The position numbers were made by a program, and so were the translations under genes. The notes below the pieces were generated by a model that had not been told where the DNA came from, made no database searches, and saw only the letters and a list, made by a program, of their open reading frames with translations. From assembly GCA_025935195.1 (NCBI GenBank), contig JAICVS010000001.1:44518-108517 (forward strand): a stretch of 64,000 bases of DNA, read 5' to 3'. Positions 45,048 through 54,253 of the stretch are shown piece by piece. The stretch is from Ktedonobacterales bacterium. Lineage in GTDB: Bacteria > Chloroflexota > Ktedonobacteria > Ktedonobacterales > JADMIN01. Within the stretch, counting starts at the first letter, position 1, and each line of letters begins with the position of its first letter.

Positions 45048-45941
45048 ATGGAGACCCTGCGCACCCCCGACGAGCGCTTCGCCAACCTGCCCGACTACCC
45101 CTTCGCCCCCCACTACGTCGCGGTGGACGGCCTGCGCATCCATTACGTGGACGAAGGCCCGCCGGGAGCCGCGCCCGTCCTCATGCTGCACGGTGAGCCG
45201 TCGTGGTCGTATCTCTACCGCAAGCTGATCCCCATCCTCACCGCCGCGGGCCAGCGCGCCCTCGCGCCCGACCTCGCCGGCTTCGGCCGCTCCGACAAGC
45301 CCGCCGCCCGTGAAGATTACACCTACCAGCGCCATGTGGACTGGATGGCCGGCCTGCTCACCGACCTCGATCTGCGCGACGTCACGCTCGTCTGCCAGGA
45401 CTGGGGCGGCCTGATCGGCCTGCGCCTCGTCGCCGAGCATCCCGACCGCTTCGCGCGTGTCGTCGCCGCTAACACCTTCCTGCCCACCGGCGACATCCCG
45501 CCCGGCCGCGCCTTCCTCGCCTGGAAGCGTTTCGCCACCCAGTCCGCCGCCTTCCATGCCGGCGGCATTGTCAAGGGCGGCTGCACGACCGAGCTATCCT
45601 CAGAGGTGATCGCCGCCTACGACGCGCCGTTCCCCGATGACCGCTATCTGGCCGGCGCGCGCCAGTTTCCCGTGATCGTTCCCGTCGCGCCCGACGACCC
45701 CGCCAGTGAGCCGAACCGCCGCGCCTGGGCCGTCCTCGGCCAGTGGACCAAGCCCTTCCTCACCGCCTTCAGCGACGGCGACCCGATCACACGCGGCGCG
45801 GATAAATACCTCCAGCAGGCTATCCCCGGCGCCGCCGGCCAGCCCCACACCACCATCACCGGCGCCGGCCACTTCCTCCAAGAAGACAAAGGCGAAGAGC
45901 TAGCCCGCGTCGTCGTGGACTTCATCGCCCGCACATCGTGA
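45048..45941 (+). CDS. Haloalkane dehalogenase (alpha/beta hydrolase)
   Basis: RIHYVDEGP...LMLHGEPSWSYLYRKLIP, the nucleophile motif VCQDWGG, and the C-terminal GAGHFLQEDKG. Confidence 0.85.
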   Translation: METLRTPDERFANLPDYPFAPHYVAVDGLRIHYVDEGPPGAAPVLMLHGEPSWSYLYRKLIPILTAAGQRALAPDLAGFGRSDKPAAREDYTYQRHVDWMAGLLTDLDLRDVTLVCQDWGGLIGLRLVAEHPDRFARVVAANTFLPTGDIPPGRAFLAWKRFATQSAAFHAGGIVKGGCTTELSSEVIAAYDAPFPDDRYLAGARQFPVIVPVAPDDPASEPNRRAWAVLGQWTKPFLTAFSDGDPITRGADKYLQQAIPGAAGQPHTTITGAGHFLQEDKGEELARVVVDFIARTS

Positions 45942-46010
45942 TCTCTCCGTCTCTCCTCCGTCTCTCCTCCGTCTCTCCTCTGTGTCCACTGTGTCCTCTG
46001 TGGTGAATTC
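45941..46010 (-). repeat. Repeat family D, copy 7
   Basis: The minus strand reads GAATTCACCACAGAGGACACAGTGGACACAGAGGAGAGACGGAGGAGAGACGGAGGAGAGACGGAGAGAT, with an internal 11-mer x3. Confidence 0.7.
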
Positions 46011-46102
46011 CCCGTCCTTCCCGCAACCATTCCGCCCACGCCAGCGTACTATTCGCGGAAGGGGACGCGCCCGGCGCGGCGCGACGACGGAGGAGGAGAC
46101 CC

Positions 46103-46453
46103 ATGAACAGCGCAATCCTTGGCTTCATCAGCGTCGGCAACACCACCCTCAACGCCGGCGGCTGCATCTCCTGGGCCGTCGCCGGGCTGCTGGCCGGCTG
46201 GCTTGCCGGACTGCTCGCGCGCGGGCGCGGCTTCGGCTGCCTCGGCGACATCCTGCTCGGCCTCGTCGGCGCCGTCGTCGGCCTCTTCCTGCTCAATCTC
46301 GTCGGCTTCAGCCTGCCACCGGAGCTGGGCTTCTGGGGCACCACACTCGTCGCCTTCGTCGGCGCCTTCATCCTCGCGCTGATCGGCCGGCTACTCGGCG
46401 GTTCCGGCCGGCATCGGAGCTATCCCGACTGGCGCTATCGCCGCCAGCCGTAG
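46103..46453 (+). CDS. GlsB/YeaQ/YmgE family (transglycosylase-associated) small membrane protein
   Basis: GWLAGLLARGRGFGCLGDILLGLVGAVVGLFL is a typical family motif. Confidence 0.8.
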   Translation: MNSAILGFISVGNTTLNAGGCISWAVAGLLAGWLAGLLARGRGFGCLGDILLGLVGAVVGLFLLNLVGFSLPPELGFWGTTLVAFVGAFILALIGRLLGGSGRHRSYPDWRYRRQP

Positions 46454-47213
46454 CGTCCGCCTCCGCTGGCGCGGGCGGCGTTGGCAGCGTCTTGAGCCGC
46501 GCCAGCGTGATCCCCACGCCCGCCAGCCAGAACGCCAGTGCCGCGAAGCTCAACGTCCCCGTCCCCACCTCCACCTGCGCCGGACCGGCCAGGAACAGCA
46601 GCGCCGTGATCGCCAGCAGCAGCGCCGCCAGCAGGCCGAAGGCGCCCAGCAGCGGCGAGATGCGCCTTGACTGGGAGCGGATGCTCGTGATCCCTGTCAG
46701 GGCCAGGAACGCGGCCACCAGCAGTCCGCCCGCCACGTGCGAGAGCAGGTTCTGCGCGCCGAAGGCGAACACGAAGCCGCTTACCGCGCTCGCCTGGCTC
46801 CCCGCCGCGTACGCGCTCGCCGCGCGCAGGTGTGTCGCCGTCCCAATCGCCGTCGCCAGCGCGTAACACGCGAACCCCGCCGCGCCCACGTAGACCGCGA
46901 TCGGCCGCCGCCCGCCCCGCCCATCCGCGCCCACCGGCCGCAACACGCGCCAGAGCGTGAGCGGCAGCGCCAACGCCAGCAAGAACGGCACGATCTCCAC
47001 GATGTGGAACGCGAGGTCCGGCCCCGGATACGTCGCGATCCACGCCAGCAGCGGCGCGAAATCGCCGTGTTGCGCCGCCGCGTCCGCCGCCGTCACGTAG
47101 CCCACCGGCGCCAGGAACGCGCTCTCGAACAGCGGAATCCCGATCACGATCAGCGCGCCCGCGATCACCGCGTAGATGCCCCGCAGCCGCACCCGCGCCA
47201 GCTCGATACTCAC
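46368..47213 (-). CDS. Hypothetical polytopic membrane protein
   Basis: Six or more hydrophobic segments. No family recognised. Its 3' end overlaps the convergent gene by 86 nt. Confidence 0.55.
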   Translation of the reverse strand: MSIELARVRLRGIYAVIAGALIVIGIPLFESAFLAPVGYVTAADAAAQHGDFAPLLAWIATYPGPDLAFHIVEIVPFLLALALPLTLWRVLRPVGADGRGGRRPIAVYVGAAGFACYALATAIGTATHLRAASAYAAGSQASAVSGFVFAFGAQNLLSHVAGGLLVAAFLALTGITSIRSQSRRISPLLGAFGLLAALLLAITALLFLAGPAQVEVGTGTLSFAALAFWLAGVGITLARLKTLPTPPAPAEADATAGGDSASRDSSDAGRNRRVAGRSARG

Positions 47214-47384
47214 CGCGCATCTCCCATCCCATTCGTCGCGTCTGTCCTCCGTAGAGTGTATTATCGTCCGTGCCGCGCGACAACATATCTTCTCTCTCCA
47301 ACCGGCGCAGGCCGGTTTCGTGGCCGCCAGGCCTTCAGGCGCGGTTTCAACCGCCGGCTGGCTGCCCGCACACGTGTCGTTTGC

Positions 47385-47413
47385 TTGACGCCGTGGAAAT
47401 CATGTACTAAAGT
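47385..47413 (+). promoter_or_regulatory. Sigma70-like promoter candidate upstream of repeat C3 and chrA
   Basis: TTGACG (47385-47390), a 17-nt spacer, then TAAAGT (47408-47413). This is a pattern match only. Confidence 0.3.
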
Positions 47414-47539
47414 TAACGGCGCCGAGGGGATGGGAAGATGCGGGACACGTAGGCGGAGGCGGAGGAGCGGCAATGGGAAGCATACTCGTGTGGCGGGCGC
47501 ATGGCCGATGCATGGCGCCATCGCGTCATCGTGGCGCAA

Positions 47540-47739
47540 GTGGCAACGCGAGATCGCCACATATTGCCACTCAGGTTGCCGCCGACCTTGCCACTTCTTG
47601 CCGTTTTTGCCGCCCATAACACGAAATGTCACGTGGCCGCGCGCCACAAAGTCCCTTGAATTCGGCATTCGAGCCGAAGCCGCCTCCGATACATCATCAA
47701 AAAGCGGCAAAAACGGCAATGGTGACCATCCCAGTCAAC
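47540..47739 (+). repeat. Repeat family C, copy 3
   Basis: ...CTTGCCGTTTTTGCCGCCCATAAC...TTGAATTCGGCATTCGAG...TCAAAAAGCGGCAAAAACGGCAATGGTGACCATCCCAGTCAAC, preceded by a phased TGCC array from ~47554. Confidence 0.75.
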
Positions 47740-47794
47740 ATCATCCGCTGACAAACAGTCATCCGGCCGCGCCAGGGACTGGAAGGAGGCTCGT

Positions 47795-49018
47795 ATGAGC
47801 GACGCGAACCCATCCGCTGTCTCACCTACCGCACCGCCACCCCCATCCATGCGCGAGGTCGCCGCGATCTTCACCCGCCTCGGCTTCACCGCCTTCGGCG
47901 GCCCCGCCGCGCACATCGCCATGATGCGCCACGAGCTGGTCGAGCGCCGCCAATGGCTCGACGACCACCGCTTCGCCGATCTGCTCGGCCTCGTCAACCT
48001 CATCCCCGGCCCCAGCTCCACCGAGCTTGCGATCTACCTGGGCTACCTACGCGGCGGCTGGCCCGGCCTGCTGCTCGCCGGCGCCTGCTTCATCCTGCCC
48101 GCCATGCTGATCGTGCTCGCCTTCGCCTGGGCCTACGTCACCTTCGGCTCCACACCCGCCGTCGGCTGGCTGCTCTACGGCATCAAGCCCGTCGTGCTCG
48201 CCATCATCGCCCAGGCCCTCACCGGCCTCAGCCGCACCATCCTACGCGGCTCGCTCGCCGTCGCCTGTGCGCTCGCCGTCCTCGCCCTCTACCTGCTCGG
48301 CGTCAACGTGCTCGCGCTGCTACTGGGCGCCGGCCTGCTCTTCGCCGCCGTTAGCCTCGCCCGGCTCACGCGCGTCAAGCCCGCCACGGCGCTCCCTGTC
48401 GCACTTCCCGGCCCGTTCAGCCCACTCGCCCGTCTCATTCCCGCCTGCCTCGCCGCTCTCGGCGCGACCACCAGCGCCGCGATCCCGTTCAGCCAGCTCA
48501 CCCTCTTCCTTACCTTCCTCAAGATCGGCGCCGTCCTCTACGGCAGCGGCTACGTCCTGCTCGCCTTCCTGCGCACCGACCTCGTGCAAAACCTGCACTG
48601 GCTCACCGATCACCAACTGCTCGACGCCGTCTCCATCGGCCAGTTCACCCCCGGCCCCGTCTTCACCACCGCCACCTTCATCGGCTATCTGGTCGGCGGC
48701 CTCCCCGGCGCGCTGCTGGCGACGCTCGCCATCTTCCTGCCCGCCTTCGCCTTCGTCCCCGCCATCCACCGCCTCGCCGCCCTCATGCGCCGCTCCGCCT
48801 GGGCGCGCGCCATCCTCGCCGGCGTCAACGCCGCCGCCCTCGCGCTCATGGCCGGCGTCACCTTCCAGCTCGCCGGCGCCGCCCTGGTAGATCCCCTCAC
48901 CTGGCTGCTCGCCCTCGCCGCCCTCGCCATCCTGCTGCGCTTCAAGCCCAACTCCGCCTGGCTCATCGCCGCCGGCGCGCTCGCCGGCTTCCTCGCGCAT
49001 AGTATTGGAGCCGTCTGA
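47795..49018 (+). CDS. chrA: Chromate transporter
   Basis: FTRLGFTAFGGPAAHIAMMRHELVERRQWL...LVNLIPGPSSTE, and a duplicated second half with FLKIGAVLYGSGYVLLAFL. RBS GGAAGGAGG. Confidence 0.9.
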   Translation: MSDANPSAVSPTAPPPPSMREVAAIFTRLGFTAFGGPAAHIAMMRHELVERRQWLDDHRFADLLGLVNLIPGPSSTELAIYLGYLRGGWPGLLLAGACFILPAMLIVLAFAWAYVTFGSTPAVGWLLYGIKPVVLAIIAQALTGLSRTILRGSLAVACALAVLALYLLGVNVLALLLGAGLLFAAVSLARLTRVKPATALPVALPGPFSPLARLIPACLAALGATTSAAIPFSQLTLFLTFLKIGAVLYGSGYVLLAFLRTDLVQNLHWLTDHQLLDAVSIGQFTPGPVFTTATFIGYLVGGLPGALLATLAIFLPAFAFVPAIHRLAALMRRSAWARAILAGVNAAALALMAGVTFQLAGAALVDPLTWLLALAALAILLRFKPNSAWLIAAGALAGFLAHSIGAV

Positions 49019-49086
49019 ATGTGGTACAACCGGGCATACCCTTCGCCGGTCATGTAGAGCCGCGATCAGCGCCGGAGGTTCCCACC

Positions 49087-51141
49087 ATGCCCCGCGACCT
49101 GCCCCTCGCCAACGGCCATCTGCTCGTCAACTTCGACGACCGCTATACCCTGCGCGACATCTACTGGCCGCACATCGGCCAGCGCAACCAGACTGAGGGC
49201 CACGTCAACCACTCCGGCGTCTGGGTGGACGGCGCCTTCGCCTGGTTCGAGGCCGACGGCTGGGTGCGCGATCTGCGCTATGAAGACGACACGCTCGTCA
49301 CCCAGGTGACCCTCACCAACGACGCCCTCCAGCTCACCATCGCCTGCACGGATGTCGTGGACTTCCACCGCCACGTGCTCATCCGCCATCTGCGCGTCAC
49401 CAACCGCGCCGACCACGCCCGCGAGGTGCGCCTCTTCTTCCATCACGACTGGCACATCGGCGAGAGCGAAGGCGGCAACACCGTGCTGTATCGGCCCGAA
49501 GTGGAAGCCCTTGTCGCCTATAAAGATCGCTGCTGGATCCTCGCCGGCGGCCTCGTCGGCGGCGACACCGCCGGCGCACCGCCGCCCGCGCGCCAGCAGG
49601 CCAACACCGGCGTCCACCATTGGGCCATCGGCTACAAAGAGGTCAACGGCCAGCAAGGCACCTGGCTCGACGCCGAGGACGGCGAGCTGGGCGGCAACCC
49701 CATCGCCCAGGGATCGGTGGATAGCTGCGCCGGCTTCCATCTGGGCGACATCCAACCCGGCGCCACCCGCTCGTGCTACACCTGGCTCGCCATCGCCGAA
49801 AACTACCCCGGCATCCGCCAGATCCACCAGCTCGTGCTCGACCGCGGCCCCGACGCCCTCATCGAGCGCACGCGCGACTACTGGCGCCTCTGGATCACCA
49901 ACAAGTCCCAGACCCTCGGCGATCTGCCCGCCCCCCTGGTGGACCTCTACAAGCGCAGCCTGCTCATCATCCGCACGCAGATTGACGACGACGGCGCGAT
50001 CATCGCCGCCACCGACGGCGATGTCTGGGCCTTCGCCCGCGACTCCTACGCCTACATGTGGCCGCGCGACGGCGCGCTCGTCGCCAACGCCCTCGCCCAC
50101 TCCGGCTACTCCGACATCACCGGCGCCTTCTTCCACTTCTGCAAAAACGTCATCACCGAGGAGGGCTACCTGCTCCACAAATACACGCCCCAGGGCGCGC
50201 TCGGCAGCAGTTGGCACCCCTGGATTGATCCCAACGGCAACCGCGAGCTGCCCATCCAGGAGGACGAGACCGCACTGGTCGTCTATGCCCTCTGGCAGCA
50301 CTTCACCCTCTTCCGCGAGGTCGAGTTCGTCCGCCCGCTCTATCGCCCGCTCATCAAGGCCGCCGCCGACTTCATGGTCGCCTACCGCGAGCCACACACC
50401 GGGCTACCCGCCGCCTCGTGGGACTTATGGGAGGAGCGCCACGGCATCCACGCCTACACCGTCGCCGCCGTCTACGCCGGCCTCACCGCCGCCGCCGGCT
50501 TCGCCGCCGCCTTCGGTGAGACCGACCGCGCCGCCACCTACACCCAGGCCGCCGAACAGATCAAAGCCGCTACGCGCCAGTATTTATGGAGCGATGAGGC
50601 CGGCCGCTTTCTGCGCCGCATCGAGGTGCTGCCCGACGGCACGATCAAGCCCGACATGACGCTCGACACCGCCATCTCCGGCCTCTATCAGTTCGGCATG
50701 TTCGGAGCCGAGAGCGACGAGATCGCCCGCACCATGGCCGCCATCGAAGCACGGCTGACCGACAAGTCGCCGTCTGGCGGCATCGCCCGCTACGAGAACG
50801 ACTACTACCATCAGGTCAGCCAGGACATCGCCAACATTCCCGGCAACCCCTGGTTCATCTGCTCCTGCTGGCTCGCCGAATACCACATCGCCCGCGCCAC
50901 CACCCTCGACGAGTTGCACGCCGCCCTCCCGCTGCTGCAATGGGTGCGCGACCGCGCGCTGCCGAGCGGTGTGCTGGCCGAGCAGATGAACCCCTATACC
51001 GACGCGCCGCTCTCCGTCTCGCCGCTCACCTGGAGCCACGCCGAGTACGTCTCCGCCGTCCGCTGGTACGCCGGCCGCTATCGCCGCCTCACCGGCCAAG
51101 ACGGCGGCAGCCACGAACCCGCTCATGCGCAAAGCGCCTAA
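49087..51141 (+). CDS. Glycoside hydrolase family 15 (glucoamylase/trehalase-like)
   Basis: DSYAYMWPRDGALVANAL, LPIQEDETALVVYALW and NPWFICSCWLAEY. The start is at MPRDLPLANG. Confidence 0.85.
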   Translation: MPRDLPLANGHLLVNFDDRYTLRDIYWPHIGQRNQTEGHVNHSGVWVDGAFAWFEADGWVRDLRYEDDTLVTQVTLTNDALQLTIACTDVVDFHRHVLIRHLRVTNRADHAREVRLFFHHDWHIGESEGGNTVLYRPEVEALVAYKDRCWILAGGLVGGDTAGAPPPARQQANTGVHHWAIGYKEVNGQQGTWLDAEDGELGGNPIAQGSVDSCAGFHLGDIQPGATRSCYTWLAIAENYPGIRQIHQLVLDRGPDALIERTRDYWRLWITNKSQTLGDLPAPLVDLYKRSLLIIRTQIDDDGAIIAATDGDVWAFARDSYAYMWPRDGALVANALAHSGYSDITGAFFHFCKNVITEEGYLLHKYTPQGALGSSWHPWIDPNGNRELPIQEDETALVVYALWQHFTLFREVEFVRPLYRPLIKAAADFMVAYREPHTGLPAASWDLWEERHGIHAYTVAAVYAGLTAAAGFAAAFGETDRAATYTQAAEQIKAATRQYLWSDEAGRFLRRIEVLPDGTIKPDMTLDTAISGLYQFGMFGAESDEIARTMAAIEARLTDKSPSGGIARYENDYYHQVSQDIANIPGNPWFICSCWLAEYHIARATTLDELHAALPLLQWVRDRALPSGVLAEQMNPYTDAPLSVSPLTWSHAEYVSAVRWYAGRYRRLTGQDGGSHEPAHAQSA

Positions 51142-51214
51142 CCCAGATATTTGAGCGGCCGGCGCGGTGGCGTGGTATAGGGGAGAGCGGGAGAGATAGG
51201 AGCGGGTGAGGGCA

Positions 51215-53299
51215 CTATTCTCGCAGGCCGTCGAGCTGGTAGATGCTGAGGGGTTGAGTCTTGCCCTTGACCTGCATGGGGCCGAGCTCGTGGGCGAGGA
51301 TGTGGGGCGCTACTTCGAGATAGGCGGCGACGCTGAGGAGAATCTGGTTGGCGGTGGCGCTGGATTGCAGCCGCTGCGCGGTGTTGACGGCGTCGCCGAT
51401 GGCAGTGTAGTTTTGCAGGCGCTCCGCCGCGCCGATGTTGCCGACGACGGCCAGCCCCGTATGCACGCCGATACCATACTCGACCGACGCGCCGCTCTGG
51501 GCCAGGGGGCCGGAGTGGCGCTCTAGCGCCTGGCGCATCGCCCACGCGGCGCGCACCGCCCGCCGCGCGTGGTCCGCCTGTGGGAGCGGCGCGTTGAAGA
51601 TCGCCATCAGCGCGTCGCCGATGAACATCGTGACGGTGCCCTCCTCCTGCCAGATCGCCTCAGTCAGGATGTTCAGGTAGGTGTTGAGGATACGCACGAG
51701 CTCGTCGGGCGCGGTGCGCTCGGCCAGGCGTGTGTAGCCACGGATGTCGGCGAAGACGACACTGATCTCGCGCGTCTCGCCGCCCAGATGCACGGCGCTG
51801 GGATCGGCGAGGAGCTGGCGCACCACCGCCGGATGCACGTAGCGTCCGAACAGCCGCTGAATCTCCTCGGCTTGGCGCTGCGAGCGGCGTAGCTCGGTCA
51901 GATCGTCTACCACCATCGCCACGCCCTGGGTGCGGCTGGTGTCCTCGCCGCCATCCATGAGGGGCGAGACGTTGAGGCGCAGGCAGACCTCGCCGCGCCC
52001 CGGCAGCGCGCGCGCCATTTCGTGGCCGAGCGTGATCTCACCCTCCATCACCGCGCGGCGCAGTATCTCCGAGAGGTCGTGATCGCCGATGCCGGCCAGC
52101 ACCTCCGCATACGACCGGCCAACCGCGCGCTCGCCGGGCAGCGCGAAGATGCGCTCGGCGGCGCGATTGAAGGCCGTCACCAGCCCGTGCGTGTCCGCCG
52201 TGACCACGCCGCTGGCAATGGAGGCGAAGATGTTGTCGGTGTAGGCCTTCATGGCGCTGATCTCGGCGATGCGGCGGCGCAGGTCGGCGAAGAGGCGGGC
52301 GTTGTCAATGGCGATGGCGGCCTGATTGCAGAAGGCGGCGAGCAGATCGAGGTGGGCGGCGTCGAAGAGGGCGCTCTGGTTGCGGCTATCCACGTAGACC
52401 ACGCCGACGCCCTTGCCGCGCACGCGCAGCGGCGCGCACATCACCGAGCGGATGCCGTACGCGACCACGCTGGCGCGCGAGGCGAGCCGCTCGTCTTCGC
52501 GCGCGTCCAGCGTCAGCAGGGGTTCCTGGCGCTGCCAGACGCCCTCGACAATGCCCTGGCTGATGTTGAAGTCGCTCTCGGCGAGCGGCCGCCCGTCGGC
52601 GCCGCGCGCGGCGGTGAAGCGCAGTTGAGCCGCCTCCTCGTCCCAGAGCATCAGGAAGCCGCGCTCGGCGCGAACGACCTCGATCAGCTCGGCCATCACG
52701 CGGCCGAGCAGGTGCTCCAGGTCCAGCGCGGAGTTGAGCTCCTGGGCGATCTGGTAGAGGGTGGTCAGCCGCTCGCGCTCGCGCTGGAGGGCATCGAGGT
52801 TGTCCTGCGCGACCTGCACGGAGGAGTTCATGCGCTGCAAGATGCTGCCCAGCCGCGCCAGGTGCAGGTCGGCCTGGCGCGAGACGCTGAGGGTGTGCGA
52901 GAGCATGCGTGTGCGCGGGTCGGCGAGGTCGGTCGAGAAGGAGCCTTCGACAAACCGCTCGAGCCGCGCGGTCTGCTCGTGCATGACGGCGGCGATCTCG
53001 GCGAGGCTCCGGGCGACGGAGGCGATGTCGGCGCGGGCGCGATCCTGCGCGGCGCGCGCGACGGTCGCCACCTGCGCGGCGAGGGCGGGAGCGCCGAGGT
53101 AGGTCGCCAGGCCGCCGTCGGGATCGCTGGTCGGCTTCGCGATCGTCACCGTGGTCGGCGGCTCGAAGGATTGCGATGCACTCGCTCCCGGTACAAACGG
53201 ATCGGCCGGCGCGGAGGCACTGGCCGGGCGCACCGCCGGATGCGCGCCCGCCTCTCCATCTCGCACGCCCTCACCGGGCAGATCCGGCCGCCGCTGCAT
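51215..53299 (-). CDS. Class III adenylate/guanylate cyclase with N-terminal GAF and PAS sensor domains
   Basis: Cyclase core ISVVFADIRGYTRLAE...GDALMAIFNAP...GIGVHTGLAVVGNIG. A GAF-like region with RGKGVGVVYVD lies upstream. The start is taken at MQRRPD (GGGAGTGGAG upstream). Confidence 0.85.
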   Translation of the reverse strand: MQRRPDLPGEGVRDGEAGAHPAVRPASASAPADPFVPGASASQSFEPPTTVTIAKPTSDPDGGLATYLGAPALAAQVATVARAAQDRARADIASVARSLAEIAAVMHEQTARLERFVEGSFSTDLADPRTRMLSHTLSVSRQADLHLARLGSILQRMNSSVQVAQDNLDALQRERERLTTLYQIAQELNSALDLEHLLGRVMAELIEVVRAERGFLMLWDEEAAQLRFTAARGADGRPLAESDFNISQGIVEGVWQRQEPLLTLDAREDERLASRASVVAYGIRSVMCAPLRVRGKGVGVVYVDSRNQSALFDAAHLDLLAAFCNQAAIAIDNARLFADLRRRIAEISAMKAYTDNIFASIASGVVTADTHGLVTAFNRAAERIFALPGERAVGRSYAEVLAGIGDHDLSEILRRAVMEGEITLGHEMARALPGRGEVCLRLNVSPLMDGGEDTSRTQGVAMVVDDLTELRRSQRQAEEIQRLFGRYVHPAVVRQLLADPSAVHLGGETREISVVFADIRGYTRLAERTAPDELVRILNTYLNILTEAIWQEEGTVTMFIGDALMAIFNAPLPQADHARRAVRAAWAMRQALERHSGPLAQSGASVEYGIGVHTGLAVVGNIGAAERLQNYTAIGDAVNTAQRLQSSATANQILLSVAAYLEVAPHILAHELGPMQVKGKTQPLSIYQLDGLRE

Positions 53300-53439
53300 C
53301 GCTCCACTCCCGTCCGGCTTTCGCGCTCGCCCGCCACTCCGTCCACGCTCTCCCCCGCACACGCACCGCGAGTATAGCATGGCTCTATCTGTGCGTATAT
53401 AGGTAGAAACGCTGGTCGCGCGAGGTTCCTCACCCCCGG

Positions 53440-53468
53440 CCTCCTCTCCTCGCGAGGAGAGGGGGAGG
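53440..53468 (-). terminator. GC-rich palindromic hairpin downstream of the DinB-family gene (possible terminator, no U-tract)
   Basis: CCTCCTCTCCTCG/CGAGGAGAGGGGGAGG has a perfect 9-bp core stem. It lies 75 nt past the stop of the minus-strand gene. Confidence 0.3.
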
Positions 53469-53543
53469 CAGAAAGGGACGGCCGCCGCGCGGAGAGGTAG
53501 GCGAGTTGTGCCGGGCGGGCGGCGGTTTCATGAAGAATCCGGA

Positions 53544-54059
53544 CTAAGCCGCCCAGATGGTGGGCAGGTGATACCCGCCCATGCCGACGGCAAGCTCGCC
53601 GCCGTGGTGGATATCATGCCTGAGCACATGCCAGATAATCTCTTGTCGCGTGCTTGGGCCGAAGCTCTGGCGCTCCGCTTCAGTCAAGGTGGCCGGCGGG
53701 TTGAATACGTACCCGAGGTCAGCGACGGTCCAGCGGGCGAGGGCATTTTCAATCATGCCCCAGGTGGCCTCGAGCCCGGCCACCAGCTCGGCGGCCGTAT
53801 GCAAGGACTGCCCCTCTCGCTCCTCCTCCCAGTGCATGAAGGAAGCCGCCTCGGGACTTCCCTCGCCCATCCACACATTGAACCACCAGATGCGGTCGTT
53901 GAGGATATGCTGGACGACCATCCCAATCGGCCAGTGCGTGGGCGCCACGGACAAGGCCAGTTGCTCGGGCGACAGCGGCGCGACGGCCGTGAGCAAGTCG
54001 CGCTGATAGCGATCCCAGCCCTGGTAAACGACGGCAAGTGGAAGCGCATGCTCGGTCAT
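53544..54059 (-). CDS. DinB family protein
   Basis: DinB_2-like four-helix pattern with WPIGMVVQHI...IIWHVLRHDIHHGGEL. The start MTEHAL has GGAGG upstream. Confidence 0.85.
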   Translation of the reverse strand: MTEHALPLAVVYQGWDRYQRDLLTAVAPLSPEQLALSVAPTHWPIGMVVQHILNDRIWWFNVWMGEGSPEAASFMHWEEEREGQSLHTAAELVAGLEATWGMIENALARWTVADLGYVFNPPATLTEAERQSFGPSTRQEIIWHVLRHDIHHGGELAVGMGGYHLPTIWAA

Positions 54060-54253
54060 AGTTGCGGAACCTCCATACACAGGTGATCCGCCAACGTGAC
54101 GGGTCACCTGTGACTTCTCGTTCGGCCCGTGACCAGCGGAAAGATCATGCGGATGGCGCATGGAGCGCGCGATACAACTGCCTCAGCGGCGCGCGATGGC
54201 CTCACGGCGCGAGCGCGGCCCACCCATCGCACGGTTGTCGTGAGGACGCTGCC

